Source: Thalia democratica
Lineage: Eukaryota
Direction: 5' to 3'
Length of the DNA: 64,000 bases
Assembly (NCBI GenBank): GCA_965202585.1
Contig: OZ241826.1
Span: forward strand, 23,064,001 to 23,128,000
This document shows, piece by piece, positions 37,612-50,960 of this stretch. Each line of letters starts with the position of its first letter. The stretch's first letter is position 1. The notes below the pieces were generated by a model. It did no database searches. It saw only the letters and a program-made list of their open reading frames with translations, and had not been told where the DNA came from. A program made the position numbers and the translations under genes.

Positions 37612-37745
37612 ACTGGAGCCGGAGTTCTGCGAAATCTTTGATCAAAAAGAACAGCTTTGTGTGTGAGTATCGTGGAAAACTGTTTAATACAAAGAAACTG
37701 AAAGTTGCAGAAAAGATATACGATGAAAACCCAACTGTTTATTTG
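37612..37745 (+). pseudogene. SET-domain relic (PR-Set7/KMT5A-like N-terminal half)
   Basis: GAGV-AKSLIKKNSFVCEYRGKLFNTKKLKVAEKIYDENPT matches the SET pattern GxGVFA...FVxEYxG, with one frameshift. Confidence 0.6.
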
Positions 37746-38649
37746 TGGATTATTTGGGTTAATCAGCTGAAAATTAAGGTTTTCAAACGCTCGAAGTAAG
37801 AAACCTTTAGAAAAAAAACTTGAAGTTCAATAGAAGTTACAAAAAGTGATAAAAATTACATAAAATTAAGAAATTGCACCATAAAACTTTATTTAAATAG
37901 TTTTAAATTGTTCACAGTGTGTTTGTGTGACAATTATCCACATGTAAAAAAAAAATGAGCAAAAAAGTCCATGTTAACATTTTGCAATAGGGTGGTTTTT
38001 AGAAAATCGGTTGGTGCCAAGGTGAAATTTTTTTCAAATCATCTAAAATTTTTATGAATAGAGTGTTTTTGTGATATTTCCAAAACATTTTTTTTTCATC
38101 TGGAAAATCAAAAGTAGCTGTAAAAATAAGCACTATACTACTGCACATACCACAGTACAGCTCAGACCTTAAAATATTAACCACAGTACAGCTCAGAGCT
38201 TGACAGCAACAATTTAATACTGACAATTATGAGGCACTCTTCTTAGTTTACTTGCAATGCAGAGGAACCTAAAATGGTTTCTACGTCATACTAAAAGATG
38301 GCAATTCGGGGAGGGTCATCATTCAAAGTAGAACCAAATAAAGCTGACGAGGACTGTTAACTAAGAAAAGACATACTGGCATTGATGAGTCCTCATGCCT
38401 ATGTCATTGGTGCAGGGATGACAGCAACCAAAAAAAGGCAGTTTGATAGATCATCAAAAATAGGGGTTAAAAAATAAAATTTAGATTTTTTATTGACGAA
38501 GTCAAAGAGATTTAAAGAAAAATTTAATCTGCTTGCAAAAAGTTATTGTTATAATTATCACTAATAAGTATTCATATAAGTAATAAAAATAGTAAAAAAA
38601 TATGTTTAAAGGGTATAAAATAAGATAATGAAATAATATGTATTTGAAT

Positions 38650-38990
38650 ATTATATTCCAACAATTAGTTGGTTATTTATTAATACAGTAATTCATTGGA
38701 ATACTAAAAGTTATATCTCAATCTGAAATTGACCTCATTTACAATCAATGGTTTAAATTGTCCCCTGTGATTTTTAATTGAAAAAGACAGCATCAGCTCT
38801 CAAGAACTAGAGCTTCTGAGTTCTTTTTTAAATTGTGTTACTTTTATAAAAGTATCAGCTATAATATTATTTTTTTAAGTAAGGTATCTCTAAAGCAAAA
38901 GGTTTGAGAAAAAGCAATTCGAAACGACTTTATTTAGAACCCTAGATAGATGAATCACTTTTTTACCTAATCAAACAAGAACAAGAAAGA
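38650..38990 (+). pseudogene. Unknown-domain coding relic, copy a (paralogues 45985-46810 and 50083-50960)
   Basis: Shared translated segments SQSEID.TYNQW and KDS.SSQ.LE.LS across three copies. Confidence 0.5.
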
Positions 38991-39942
38991 AATAAAGATA
39001 AGAAAATTTTGAGAAATAAAACTATTTACCGTTGAACTTGGATAAAAGAGCATGGCCACTGATAATTTCTACAAAGCCAGGATCAAATATAATGTCCAAC
39101 CGATGGAGAGCTTACAATGAAATAGATAAGTTAGATAGAACATTTACATTATCATTTAACATTTTTAATAAAATTTAAACACATGAGTTTTGCTTGATAA
39201 ACACATCCATCGCAACAATATGCTTTATATTAAAAAAGAGAAAGGTGTTTTCAGGTGCGACAAAGGACCTCGCACCGAGAGGTTTAGTTTTAGAATGTAA
39301 AATTAATGAAAGATATGTAATTTTTTTATGACTGAAAGGAGAGGGAGGCATCTTTATTGAAAGTAAGTTCTATAATAGTATTGTTTTTTTTATTTATGTT
39401 AATACTATTAAAGCCAAAATGAAAAGTGCTGTTTTGACAACTTACTTTAATAGATATTTTAAAATGTTTTAATTAAAATTTAAGCTTGATAATTTTTCAA
39501 TGTTTATATTTTATTCTTTGTATAAAATAAAATAAAAATAGTTGTACTCAAAAGTTTTATTAAACTGCCTCTTTAAAACCTCTTAAACTATCTAAGGACT
39601 AAGACAGTACACGTTTTATAAAAAAAATATTTAATAAGAAACTAAAACATTTAGAGAGCGTTAATAAGCAATTGAAAATAATTCTAGATTAGAATTTTTT
39701 AATTCACATGTCAAATAAATATCTTTAAATTTTAGCAATTTTTACAAACTCTTGACAAAAATCTATGAAGTAGTGAACAAAAAGTTTTAAAATTACACTG
39801 GTATGCTAAATTAAAAAGTATTTATCCTTAGATAGAAAACGTTTAACTATATTTTGTAAACAATTCATTTTGAAAAAAATAATCAAGAATAACGACAGCA
39901 AATCATTTATAACTAACATGTATTATGTATAATGTTAAGATA

Positions 39943-39997
39943 ATGCGCGTGCATCCCGCACCGCATTAAGTCGAATAAAAGCGCGCCGAAGCAGGAA
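39943..39997. other. Conserved CpG-rich ~55 bp motif, copy 1 of ~6
   Basis: Consensus atgcgcgggcgtcatcctgcaccgcattaagtcgaataacagcgcgccgaagcagga. Other copies at 42534-42585, ~42961-42990 (partial), 47777-47825, 54692-54748 and 55013-55069. Confidence 0.85.
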
Positions 39998-40231
39998 ACT
40001 CTGTTTGTTTTTGGGAAGCTGAACGAGAGGTCTTTTCTTTCAGTTAGGTTTTAAGCCGAACTTTTTTTCAGATTTTTTTACTCTTTTTCTGAGTATGCTT
40101 ACAGTATTATATTTTATTACCGCACCTTCGTACTACCTTTTTTATTGCAGCTCTAAAAACCGGTCAGATTGAATATTATATGGTTACAGTAAAACAGGGA
40201 AAAATAAACAACAGAATGAATTAAGGCACTG

Positions 40232-40380
40232 CAAAAATACATAACTGTACAATATATTGATAAAATCTAAAATAAAAGATCAACTTTTTAATCATTTCGT
40301 TCAACATTAAGATAAAAATTCTCATTGTTCTATTTTAAACAAATCGTTTCATACTTCCAATCAATTAGATAAACATAATA
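40232..40380 (+). pseudogene. C2H2 zinc-finger relic (paralogues ~48680-48800 and 51005-51150)
   Basis: Translates to ...DQLFNHFVQH.DKNSHCS..NKSFHTSNQLDKH. The paralogue at ~51.1 kb retains HCYFCDKSFYTSNQLD. Confidence 0.55.
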
Positions 40381-40429
40381 CCTTAGACGATAAATAAGAA
40401 AGGAGATCCAACAATCTGTTTTGATGGCT

Positions 40430-41440
40430 AATAAACCAATTGGTTCGATTAGGCCGAGGATATACGGTCTTCAAAAACTGCATAAAGAACAAACTCCTTT
40501 TAAGGCTTTTCTGTCAAACTATTAAGTCACCACAGCATAAATTAGCCAGATTTTTGAATTAAAAAAACGCTTTTAACTTATCACTCACACACTCACAGTT
40601 TGTTGTAAAAGACTCTTTTAAAGTTATTGAAAGGATCAGATACGCTAAATCAACTAGTATAGTTTTATAATCATTTTATATAGACCAACTATTCACCAAT
40701 GTACCATTAAAAGAATCAATAAAGGTAAGTGTTGATAAACTATATGAAATAAGAAAATCAAACTTGAAAATAAATAATTATATAAAGCTAATGAAAATAG
40801 CAATATGTGATATACAGTTTAGTTTTAATAATAAAATTTACAGTCAGATAGATGGCGTGGTCATGGGATCACAGTTGGGCCCAAAACTTGCTAACATTTT
40901 TATCGGATATTATAAATTCAAAATTGTTGAAGATCTTTCGTCACAGGTTGTCTACATTGGATAAGTTGACGATTGTCTACTTATATCCAAAACAAAAAGT
41001 GAAAACTTAGATATATTTCAAAAATTAAGTTTATTACATGAAAAGATTTCTTTTATTATAGAAGTGAAAGGGAACAACCAACTGCCATTTTTAGATATAT
41101 TAATAACAAAGGTAAAAAAAAAAACTTCCTAACGACTGTCTATAGGAAAACAACTCTCACTGGGCAGTATTTCCACTATAAATAATTTTGTAGTAAGAAA
41201 CAAAAAGTAAACATAATAAAAACACTATGCCATAAAGCCTACAAGATTTGTTTTAAAGATTTTTATTTATAGTTTAGTATAACTGATTATTATTATGATT
41301 ACTTTATACTGATTATTTATTGCGCTTATTACTTTAATAGTTTGAACTTTTTTGGTTGTTATCAAAAAATTACTCATAATTTTATTTTTTGTTCTACTTT
41401 TAGTTTCTGATGAAAAAAAGAGAAATACGTATTAAACTAT
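40430..41440 (+). mobile_element. Penelope-like element relic A (RT domain, EN missing) with 3' hammerhead remnant
   Basis: RPRIYGL.KLHK, LFTNVP, QIDGVVMGSQLGP.LANIF, YIG*VDD, LPFLDI, VYRK.T are Penelope RT motifs, with multiple disablements. Confidence 0.9.
41401..41439 (+). ncRNA. Minimal type I hammerhead ribozyme remnant (Penelope pLTR type), stem II degenerate
   Basis: tagttt-CTGATGA-aaaaaaga-GAAA-tacgta-tt-aaacta: perfect 6 bp stem I, intact core, palindromic stem III ATACGTAT. Stem II cannot pair. Confidence 0.55.
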
Positions 41441-41599
41441 CACAAAAATTTAGAGTATTTTATACGTTTTAATATTTTTATACCATGTGTTATATATTTG
41501 GAAGATTAGAAATTATAAGCATTTATTCGTTCGGTAAACAATATTTTACTCAAGTATGTAAAGTATGTTTCTGTAGTATTAGATATGATAGTTTGTTTA

Positions 41600-41840
41600 C
41601 ATCTTTAAACAGTGCATTAAGGCTACAATTGTGATGTTTGCTTACAATTCACTTCTAACTACCAACACAAGAACCCACACGAGTGAAAAATCTTTTAAAA
41701 GATTTTTTGGTAAGGTTTTAAGACCAGGCAACATTTAAGTAATCACAGCACAAGTCACAGCAGTCTAAAAATTTCCATTTGTGGACAGAATTTCTTCAAA
41801 AAGTGCAGAAAAATGGTAAACGTGAGATGTTTACCTTAAA
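41600..41840 (+). pseudogene. C2H2 zinc-finger relic (paralogues 48500-48680 and 55345-55634)
   Basis: YNCDVC...THTSEKSF...GKV.KTRQHLSNHSTSH, frameshifted. The paralogue at 55392-55634 reads KPFKCLSCGKFFKTRHHLKNHRITH. Confidence 0.65.
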
Positions 41841-42815
41841 GTATCAAAATAAAAATATTCATCTGAAACCTACAAAATTGAAAATTCAATTAGATGTCTG
41901 ATTATAAAGAAAAGATGTATCACTTATATATTTAATAAAGCAACAATAATAAATATTAGATTGATTTTTTTTTGTATTTACAGGACGTGATTTTTTATAC
42001 ACCTTGGCTCAAAAATAACAGTTTCCTGTGTAAGTTTAGTGGAAAATTGCTCAACACAAACATTTATGTTAACATTTATGTGCTCAACACAAACATCTTG
42101 GTATGAAGTAGAAAATGAAAAACGATAAAAAGTTTTGTTTAATAATAAGTTTTTAGAACTGTTTTACATATTTTTAGAACTAAGACAGTATTCAAATAAT
42201 TTTAATACATATATATCTTTGTAAGAAACTAAATGCTTGCAGAAATAGATTTAAGCAAGTAAATATAGTTATAGGATTTGAATCTGTTAATTCACATGTC
42301 AGATAAATACCTTATGATTATTTGCGCGTTTAAAACAAATCCGAGCCAAAAATATATGACCTTGCTAATAAAAAGTTTAAAAAACTATACCATAAAAATT
42401 ATAAACTAAAATTTTTTAATTCTTTGCATGAACATGCAAAACTATTTTCATGAATTTTTTTATTATAAAAAATTTCAAATACAGATAGTAACTGTTTCTA
42501 GACTAACTGTAACTTCATCTTTAAGTTACGAAAATGCGCGGGCGTCATCCTGCCTAGTTGTAACAGCATGATTGCGCTGAAGCATTGTTTGTTTTAGAAG
42601 AAGAGATTGGCAAAGTTGAATTTAATTTCTTGTGGGAAAAATTGATTTTAAGGAAGAAAATAACTTACAAAAGCGGCATTGAGACATATTACACCTGGCC
42701 TTTGGAAGATATAATAAATATGTACGTAGATACTTCGTTTCACGTTAAATTAAATTATTAAAAAGTTACTCGTAAAACGCACAGACTTTAGTATGAAAAG
42801 AAAAAAAAAACAATA

Positions 42816-42905
42816 AATAATTTTCTGTGTGAGTATCGAGGAAAGCTGCTCAAAAAATTGAATTAAAAGTCGCAGAAACATTGAAAACCCGACAGGTGGC
42901 TCATT
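42816..42905 (+). pseudogene. Second SET-domain relic; its 3' part recurs at ~53265-53350
   Basis: NNFLCEYRGKLLKK..LKVAE..ENPTG, paralogous to 37612-37745. Confidence 0.55.
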
Positions 42906-43384
42906 AGTAGTTTTTCAGCTGACCCATTAAGACCCATAATTAAATTTCAATTTTTTAACAATCGAGTAACAGCGTGGTCGCACCGAAGCATAAATGTTTG
43001 TTTTTTGGGAAGAAGAGATACAATCTTTAATTACACTTCCCTATGGGGAAAATTGACTTGAAGGATGATAAGTACATTAAACATTTTTTGACACTTTAAT
43101 AAATTATTTCAAAAAGTATGCATAAGACTCAAATTTTAGAGCAATATATATTTCATGCTTAATTCATCAGTAGTATACTAAGCAATAAAAATAAAGTTTC
43201 TACTCTAGCTTATATAGTTAAAAAGTAATCAACGTAAAAGTAATGATAATAAAGCAAAGGGTAATTAACAACTTGATACTTGACTTGAGACACCTAGTAC
43301 AGTACAAGTACAAGTAAAAACAATTTTCGTAAACTTTTAAAGTTATCAACTAGTTGTGTACGATTTACGTTTAATTCACAAATG

Positions 43385-44430
43385 TATTTGCAACATGATC
43401 GAATAGCCATGGGCTCCCCATTAGGTCAAACTTTGTCAAATGTATTCATGGGCTTTATATGTACTAGGTGAATTAATATAGATATGTCGACGATTGTTTT
43501 GTTTTGTGTTAGGAAAAGATGAGTAAGAGATTGATGAACTCTTTAAAGTTTTGAACAAAACACATTCATCAATAACATTTATACCAGAAAAGGAAAATAA
43601 CGATGAATTGGCTTTTATTGATGTTTTAGTTAAACGACACAAGAACCAATTTTTGACATCTGTTTATAGAAAAAAAAACTTATTAGGAACAACTTAAACT
43701 TTTATTCATTTAGTAGTAAAAAAGAAAGACAAATTTGATTAAAATGCTCTGCCATCGAGCACATGAAATCTGTTCAAGAGAATTATTTGCTGATGAAATA
43801 AAACAGCTAAAATTGATACTAAATAAAAATGTCTATCCACAAGAACTTGTTAATAAAATAAATAATTTACACCTTATAAGTTTAAACAAAGTAAAGCCAG
43901 CAGGGTAGGAGAAATGTTTGATTCCTTTAGTACTACCTTATGTCAATAAGAACTCAAGAATTGTTGAGAAAAATATCTGTCAATTGGTATGTGGGACTTA
44001 TCATTCGGCAAAGCCGATCATTAATTTCTTATCCAAACCAATGATTAGACCTGGGGGCGGCAAAGATTCGATATCAGAATTTAAACAAAGTATGGTAGTT
44101 TACAAGTTTGACTGCTACTGTGAAGCTAGCTTTAAGGCAATTTGGCAAAAGGATAATGGAGCATATTCCAAAAAGTATTAATGAATTTTATAAAATGAGT
44201 AATAAGAAAAGTAATTCTATCAGAGTAGTAAATGCTACAAAAAGATCTGCCGTTGCATAACACCTAGTAAATAACGTTGATTCTGAAAGTATTTATAACT
44301 TAAAAAGATTTAAAATTATTACAAATTGTACTCACATTTCTGATTTAATTAAACTTGATGCTATTTGTATTTTGTCAAGAAAAGCTAAATTGTGTAAACA
44401 TAAATATTTTGAATATACTGTTTCGTTGAT
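43385..44430 (+). mobile_element. Penelope-like element relic B (RT C-half plus GIY-YIG)
   Basis: IAMGSPLG.TLSNVFMG, RYVDDCF, LAFIDV, VYRKK, LPYV, VVYKFDCYCEAS, SAVA*HL. Confidence 0.9.
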
Positions 44431-44755
44431 TTCACAATTTGTTTTATAAGTTGTTACTATGTTTTATTGATTTTTTAGTTGCATTGTAATTAGAAGTACT
44501 TTATATTGTTAATTACCCTTTGCTTTATTATTATTACTTTTACGTTGATTACATTTTCACTATATAAGCTAGATTCGAAACTTAATTTATTGTTTAGTAT
44601 ACAACTTATGAAATAAGCATAAAATATTTATTGTTCTGAAATCTGAGTCTTATGTATATTTATTGATTGATGATAGGAACTTTAAAAAACAACAATTAAG
44701 TATTGTAAAGTGTTTTTTCAAGAATGTAATAGTTACCCAAAAAGTTAGAACATGT

Positions 44756-45975
44756 GTAATGCATCCCTGATGTTGGATTATGAATACCAGGGTGATGCTG
44801 TGCAGCCAATCATAATCAGCACATTACTAATTGGCAAATAACTTATTATTGTGAACAAATGTTGATTGATGGTGCAAGAATAACACACATTTTTTTACAA
44901 CTGGTTTGCAGCCATTTTCTGTGTTATTGGGTCACAGTTTTATATTTGGATTATTGTTGGTATCATTCCACTTACAGTTTATTTGGATTTGTTACTTGTT
45001 TGGACACAAATAATATATTTGAATTTCAGTGTTGGTATCATTCCACTTACAGCTTATTTGATTTTGCATTTGTTACTTATTTGGACAAAAACTCTATATT
45101 TGATTTCGAACAGTTGAAATTCAACTCAGCATTACATTTACAACTGTTTATTTGTACAATTTTATTATGGGCTTATACTATTCCATTGCTAGGTTTTTAC
45201 ATTTAACTTATTTGCTAATTTATACAATCTTGTTGAACTGATAATTATTTATTTTTTTTTTATAATTAAATAATTTGCCAATTTTATAGATATGTATTTG
45301 TTTATTAAATTTGAAGCTTAATAAATTCTTTATCTTGCATTGAATCAATTTATTAAATAAATTATCTTAGTTTCAATCTTATCTAACATGGACCCTAACT
45401 ATAAGCCCCCTACTAGTCTGGATGTAGCAAAGTTACTATATAGAAAACCTTCCCCACGATTTAGCATAGCCACTAATGTGTCCAACATCCCGGGGCACTC
45501 TCCCCCATAAATCACATGGTGTTCCCGGCCCACACGAAGAACTAACCTTCGTTGACAGTCAAATAGAAGTTAAGGGTTCAGATGAGCATCATTTGAGCCA
45601 GTTAGAAAAACCTGTTGCAGAAACATTAATATTTGTAAAAGCATTTGTACCATGAGAGGAAAATTTAGATGGTGTAATGGGGCATTACAACCTTAAGCCA
45701 TGACACATTGTGATAAATTACCTTGAAGAATCTGATGAAGAGTAAAAAGATAGTAAGCAGGTAAAATGTAATGCATTGGTAATGCATCCCTGAAGTTGGG
45801 TTATGGATATCAGAGTGAAGCTGTGCAGCCAATCATAATTAGCACATTACTAATTGGCAAACCATTTATTATTATGCATAAAAGTTGATTAATGATGCAA
45901 GAATAACACACATTCTTTTATTACTGGCTTGCAGCCACTTTCTGTGTTGTTAGGTCACAGTTTTATATTTGGATT
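44756..45975. repeat. 197 bp direct repeats (44756-44952, 45779-45975) bracketing a 75 bp tandem duplication and a GC-richer island
   Basis: Both repeats run gtaatgcatccctga...tatatttggatt, with period 1023 bp. Internal tgttggtatcattccacttacag occurs at 44955 and 45030. Confidence 0.8.
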
Positions 45976-45984
45976 CTGTCATGC

Positions 45985-46810
45985 TCAATCGAGTGGGCTT
46001 CGGAGGAAAAGTTCACTGACAGAATTGTGATTAGGGCAAATACGTCATTGATGCTTGTGTATACCCGTGCGTCAAATATGTACCTAAATATCATTATCCA
46101 ACATCAAGTAGTTTTTAAAAAAATCATAGTAGAAAAAATTCTGTCTCATTCTGAAATAGACATAACTTAGAACGAATGGTTTATTTTATCCGCTGAGGTT
46201 ATTTTTTATTAAAAAAGACAGCGCTAGCTCTCTGAAACTAGAGCATCTTATATAAAAGTATATAAAAGTACCAATTATTTAAAAAAAAAGTTAGGTATTT
46301 CTTAATTGTTAGGTATGAGAAGCAGATATTAGATGAGTTAAACAACAAATAAAGGGGAACTTGCCAACTAGATCTTGAGCGGAATTAAAAGGAAGATAAA
46401 AAATAAATTCAACCTGGCACCTTAGTTAGAGGGTCACCTTAAGCCACTGATTAATGATCATTCATATCAGGTTAATAAAATAATCTACTGTGTCTACCCG
46501 TTCAATATACGATTCCTTATCATACCAATAACAAAATAGACCTACTTGTTTGACACACAAAATCAAACACTCAAAAAGTGTAATCCTCTCTGTAAAAAAG
46601 CTTTGTCAGTTCACCTACTTTGCAACGACAATCCATAGAAAATACTGCAAAAAATCTGAAGGGGAGAACAAAAATATTCGAGGCTCTTGGATTAAAGGTA
46701 ATAGGTACATGACCACCATTTGATCAATCGATAAGTTATCAGGTGTTTTTGCCTATTAGCATACCCGACGAATAGGGGGCATATATGATGTTGACAATTT
46801 ATTTACGGTA
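45985..46810 (+). pseudogene. Unknown-domain coding relic, copy b
   Basis: KYVPKYHYPTSS, IYCVYPFNIRFL, KKCNPLCKKAL, PPFDQSISYQVFLP are shared with copy c, with many stops. Confidence 0.55.
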
Positions 46811-48499
46811 GTGGTGAGTCTATGAAGTATGAACACCGCATGATGAATCGCAAACAGATTTTTTTAATTTTGAGAAATATGTTGATTCAAACTGAAAATA
46901 TTGAAAGACAATGCGGGATGTGAAAAGCAATTCGATGCATCAAAGAATTATTTTTAGAAATGAAAAAAAAAACAGAAAGGTCAATTGTAAAAAAAAACTA
47001 TAAGCAAAAAACTAAACAAAAGAACTACATGTCTACTTGAAAGAAAGTTTTTGCAATGTAAATATAATGGTTAAAAGTGGTACGGTATGTGAGCGATAAA
47101 TCTAACTACAAGTTTTACATAGCTAAATTTACAAGAAAAATTTTGAAACAAACATGTAAAGAGAAAAAATCATCTCGCGCTTTCTGTTTTTTATCAAGCC
47201 AGAGTCAATTATAATGTCCGACTAATGGAGAGCGTACAATTAAAAAGATAAGTTAGATAGAACATTCTCATTAGTTTTTACAATTTTTTTATGCTTTTCG
47301 CCAAAAAAATCTATTTATCAACTCAATCTACTTAGATATGAAAAAAAAAGTCATTAAATGGTAAAGACCACGCTTCAACAGAATGATTATGTTGAGAATA
47401 CCTAAAAGGAAATACTTCATACTGTGCTAAATAAATACTTCGTAATTTTATAAACAATTTAATACAAAAATCTATGACCTTGTTAACAAGTATAAAAAAT
47501 TAGACCATTATGCTAAACCAAAACATCTTTTGCATTCTAGTTTGCATTTTAGTTAAACATCTTTTGCATGAACAAGCATAGTGTACATAACAAAAATATT
47601 TAAAACCAAATTTTAATATAACGACAGTAAATATTTTAAAACTAACTGGATTTTCAGCTTAAGTTTGCACTAACACGCAAAACTATATTTAGCAAACATT
47701 TCATTCAAGATCAAATTCAAGTATAACGACAGCAAATCATTTGTAACTAACTGAATACCAGTTCAAAATTAAGAAAATGCGCGGGCGTCATCCTGCAACG
47801 CATTAAGTCGAATAATAGCGGGCCTAGAAATATTGTTTGTTGGGAAGATGAGAGATGAAGAGTAAAATTCAAGTTTCCTAAGGGGTAAATTGATTTTAAC
47901 GATGATAATAACTTAACAACAGCGTTTAGAGAATCCCGACGAATTACAACTGGCCTTTAGGTATAATATATATGTAACTACATATATACTTCGTTTAACG
48001 TTAAATTATATCCATTTATAATTAGTCATATCAGGTCAGGTACTGTTACAATGTCCGACAAATGTGGAGCACACGATGACATTAATAAACTAGTTTACAG
48101 TAGTGGAGTTTAAATTAATAACGAACACTACAAAAAATTAAACATTGGATCTTAACTATAGAATGATACTAGGCATATTAAAAACATGATGAAACAAAGA
48201 AGATGAGAGAAGTGTTAGAATGATTAAAGTTTTTGAAAACGTATTTAGTAAATACACTTCACCACTTAATGATCAAACTAGGGAATTCGTTCCCTTATTG
48301 ATCACACACCATAAACTAGAGTAACGTTGTAGAGTACAGGTATAAATTTAGAAAAAAAAGTTTTACTGCATGCGATGTAGCGGGAGAAATGCAAGTATTA
48401 TAAATTCAGCTATTACATTGTTTTAATTTCCATAAATTAAAAAGCTAAAATTGAAGAAAATTTTTTATCAGAAATTAAGTTTGTAACTTTAGTATTTGA

Positions 48500-48850
48500 A
48501 ATTTCTCAAACAGTGCCAAAAAAAGGGTGCATCTGTGATGTGTGCTTCAAAGAATTTTGTTAGAAGTCACTGTTAGCCAAACACTCGAATAAAAAACTTT
48601 CAAATACCTGGATTGCAAGAAAGTTTAAAGACCAGGCAACATTTGAATGATCACAGTAAAACTCACAGCACTGCCAAAATACATGACTGTACAATATAAT
48701 GAAATTAAAACAAAAGATCAACTTCATAATCATTCCGTTCAACATAAAGATAACATTTTCATTGTTTTTTTTTTGACAAATCGTTTTATACTTCAACTAA
48801 AAGCAAGGGTTAGAAGCCAAGACAAGTTTTACAAACCACAGAAATGTTCA
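48500..48850 (+). pseudogene. Multi-finger C2H2 relic
   Basis: ICDVCFKEF..KSLLAKH, TRQHLNDHSKTH, KIHDCTI...DQLHNHSVQH, DKSFYTS. Confidence 0.65.
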
Positions 48851-50082
48851 TAGCTCTAAAAAAGTCTTGTAAATTGTAAAGTTTGTATAAAAACATTTTT
48901 TCTACGAAGACCAACCATCTAATAAACTGCTATTCACACGAATAAAACAAAATAATAATATTTAGGGTTGAAAAGTTTTATAAGAAAGGTATACATTTAA
49001 TGATGAAAACCGAGAAAACGTTTTTTAACAAAAAAGATGGGTTTAGAAAATAACATTTAGTTTTAACAACAGAATTTAGCAACTTATGTAAATATTTGAA
49101 ATAAGGTTTAAGGGTTTGTAAATAGCTGTTCTAGTTTATTTATGGTCATTAAATGCTGACTTATGAAGTGGCTTTAATGAAAAAGCAGTAAAAATTTGGA
49201 TTAGTAGATATCTAGAGAAGATCTTTAAGGATTTTATTACCTTTGTTAAAATGAATTCCATGTTATGTCTTTTGCAAAAAAAAAAGAGTTAAAAAACTGG
49301 ATAAACTTTTTTCAAAGATGACGAAGTCTTTAAACTGTCACTTACAATGAAACAGCTTAAAAAAGAGGCTTAGTTTTTATAACAAAACAATATTACAAAT
49401 ATTTAAACAATTAGTTGTATTTAGAGTCCAACAAAAGATAGTACTTCTTTCAGAAAGTAATGTAAAATTTACCAGTGTTTTAAAGTAATTAATTTTAGAA
49501 AGAGATTTAATAGACCTAAAAATTGTTGAAACTTGAAAAAGTAAAACAAAACCAAAGTATAAAAAAAGGGCTACTAACGCTTGGTGATGAAATAAAAGTC
49601 ATCAAGGAAAAACAACTCAGTTGAATATTTAAAACAAATTTTAAATTGTTCTTAAAAATTCAACAAAAATACATAAGAAAAATTATGTATCACTTGTAGA
49701 GAAAAAATCATCTTTCACTTTCTGTTAATTGACAGAAACGTTTAAAAAATGACAAATTTGTTTAAAATGTAGTTTGTACAAGTACATAATTAATTAAAAT
49801 AGAGAATTTTGAAATGAATAAATGAACAATAGACACTTTTTACATTTCTAAATCGTCAGTAATTATTTACTCTTTAAGATATTTTTTATTCGTTTATAAA
49901 ACGAGTTTCTATTATTAAGAACCGAGAGACAAATTCATCCAGAGAAAAAGGAATATTGTGGCAGCTCTTGACAAATTTAGAAAAAATGTTTCACAAAAAA
50001 CATAAAACTAAATAAAAATTGTTAAATTCACAACTACGAAATAATACTAATCTAACTAGTAAACTTTACAAAAGTTTTTTCC

Positions 50083-50960
50083 ATGCATGACCCGCAAAGT
50101 GATGAAACTTTGAAGTCGTTTACACGCGCAATTGAGTGGGCTTTGGAGGAAAGTTCACTGACAGAGATGTGGGCAAAGTTTGGATTATTCAAAGACGTTA
50201 TTGATACTTGTGTACACCTGTGCTTCAAATATGTACCTAAATACCATAATCCAACATCAAGTAGTTTATTAAATAAAATTACAGTACAAAAAGTTCTGCC
50301 ACAATCTGAAATAGACATAACTTACAACCAATGGTTAATTTGATCCGCTGAGGTTATCTTTTATTGATAGACAGCTGTAGCTCTCAGAAACTAGAGCATC
50401 TAAGTCAACCAGCTGTAATTGGTTAATAATTATGAAAGTGAAAAGAATATTCAGGTATCCCAAAATTATTAGGCTTGAGAAGCAGTTGGAAACGACATTG
50501 TTTGCAGACCTGGATATAGATGAGTTTTTATAAAGTCAAACAAGGAAGAAATAAAAATAACTAGATCATGAGAGGAATCGAAAGGGAGAAAAAATATTTT
50601 TATTTAGAACCTTAATTAGAGGACTACCTTAACCCATTGATTAATGATCATACATATCAGTTCAACTTAATTTCGTACTGCGTCTACCCGTTCAATATAG
50701 GCTTCCTTATCATGCAAATAGCATTTTAAACTTGTTTGACATAAAATATTAAAGGTTAAAAAAATGTGATCCTACCGTTGAAAAAGCTTTGTGAGTTAAC
50801 TATTTTGCGACGACAATCCTGATAAAATAGTGCAAAACATATGATGGGAATTAAAGGTGACAAGTAGATGACCACCATTTGATCAGTCGATAACTTATCA
50901 TCAGGTGTTTTTGCCTATTAGAATACTCGACCAATAGGGGGCATGATGTTGAAAATTTAG
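50083..50960 (+). pseudogene. Unknown-domain coding relic, copy c (longest open part 50083-50343)
   Basis: ORF-track 86 aa ORF plus downstream YCVYPFNIGFL and PPFDQSITYHQVFLP. Confidence 0.55.

Noticed and set aside
39943-39997. HDV-like, twister or U6-like RNA interpretation of the conserved CpG motif
   Set aside because: The required catalytic or consensus residues and topology are not present, and copies show uncompensated mismatches.
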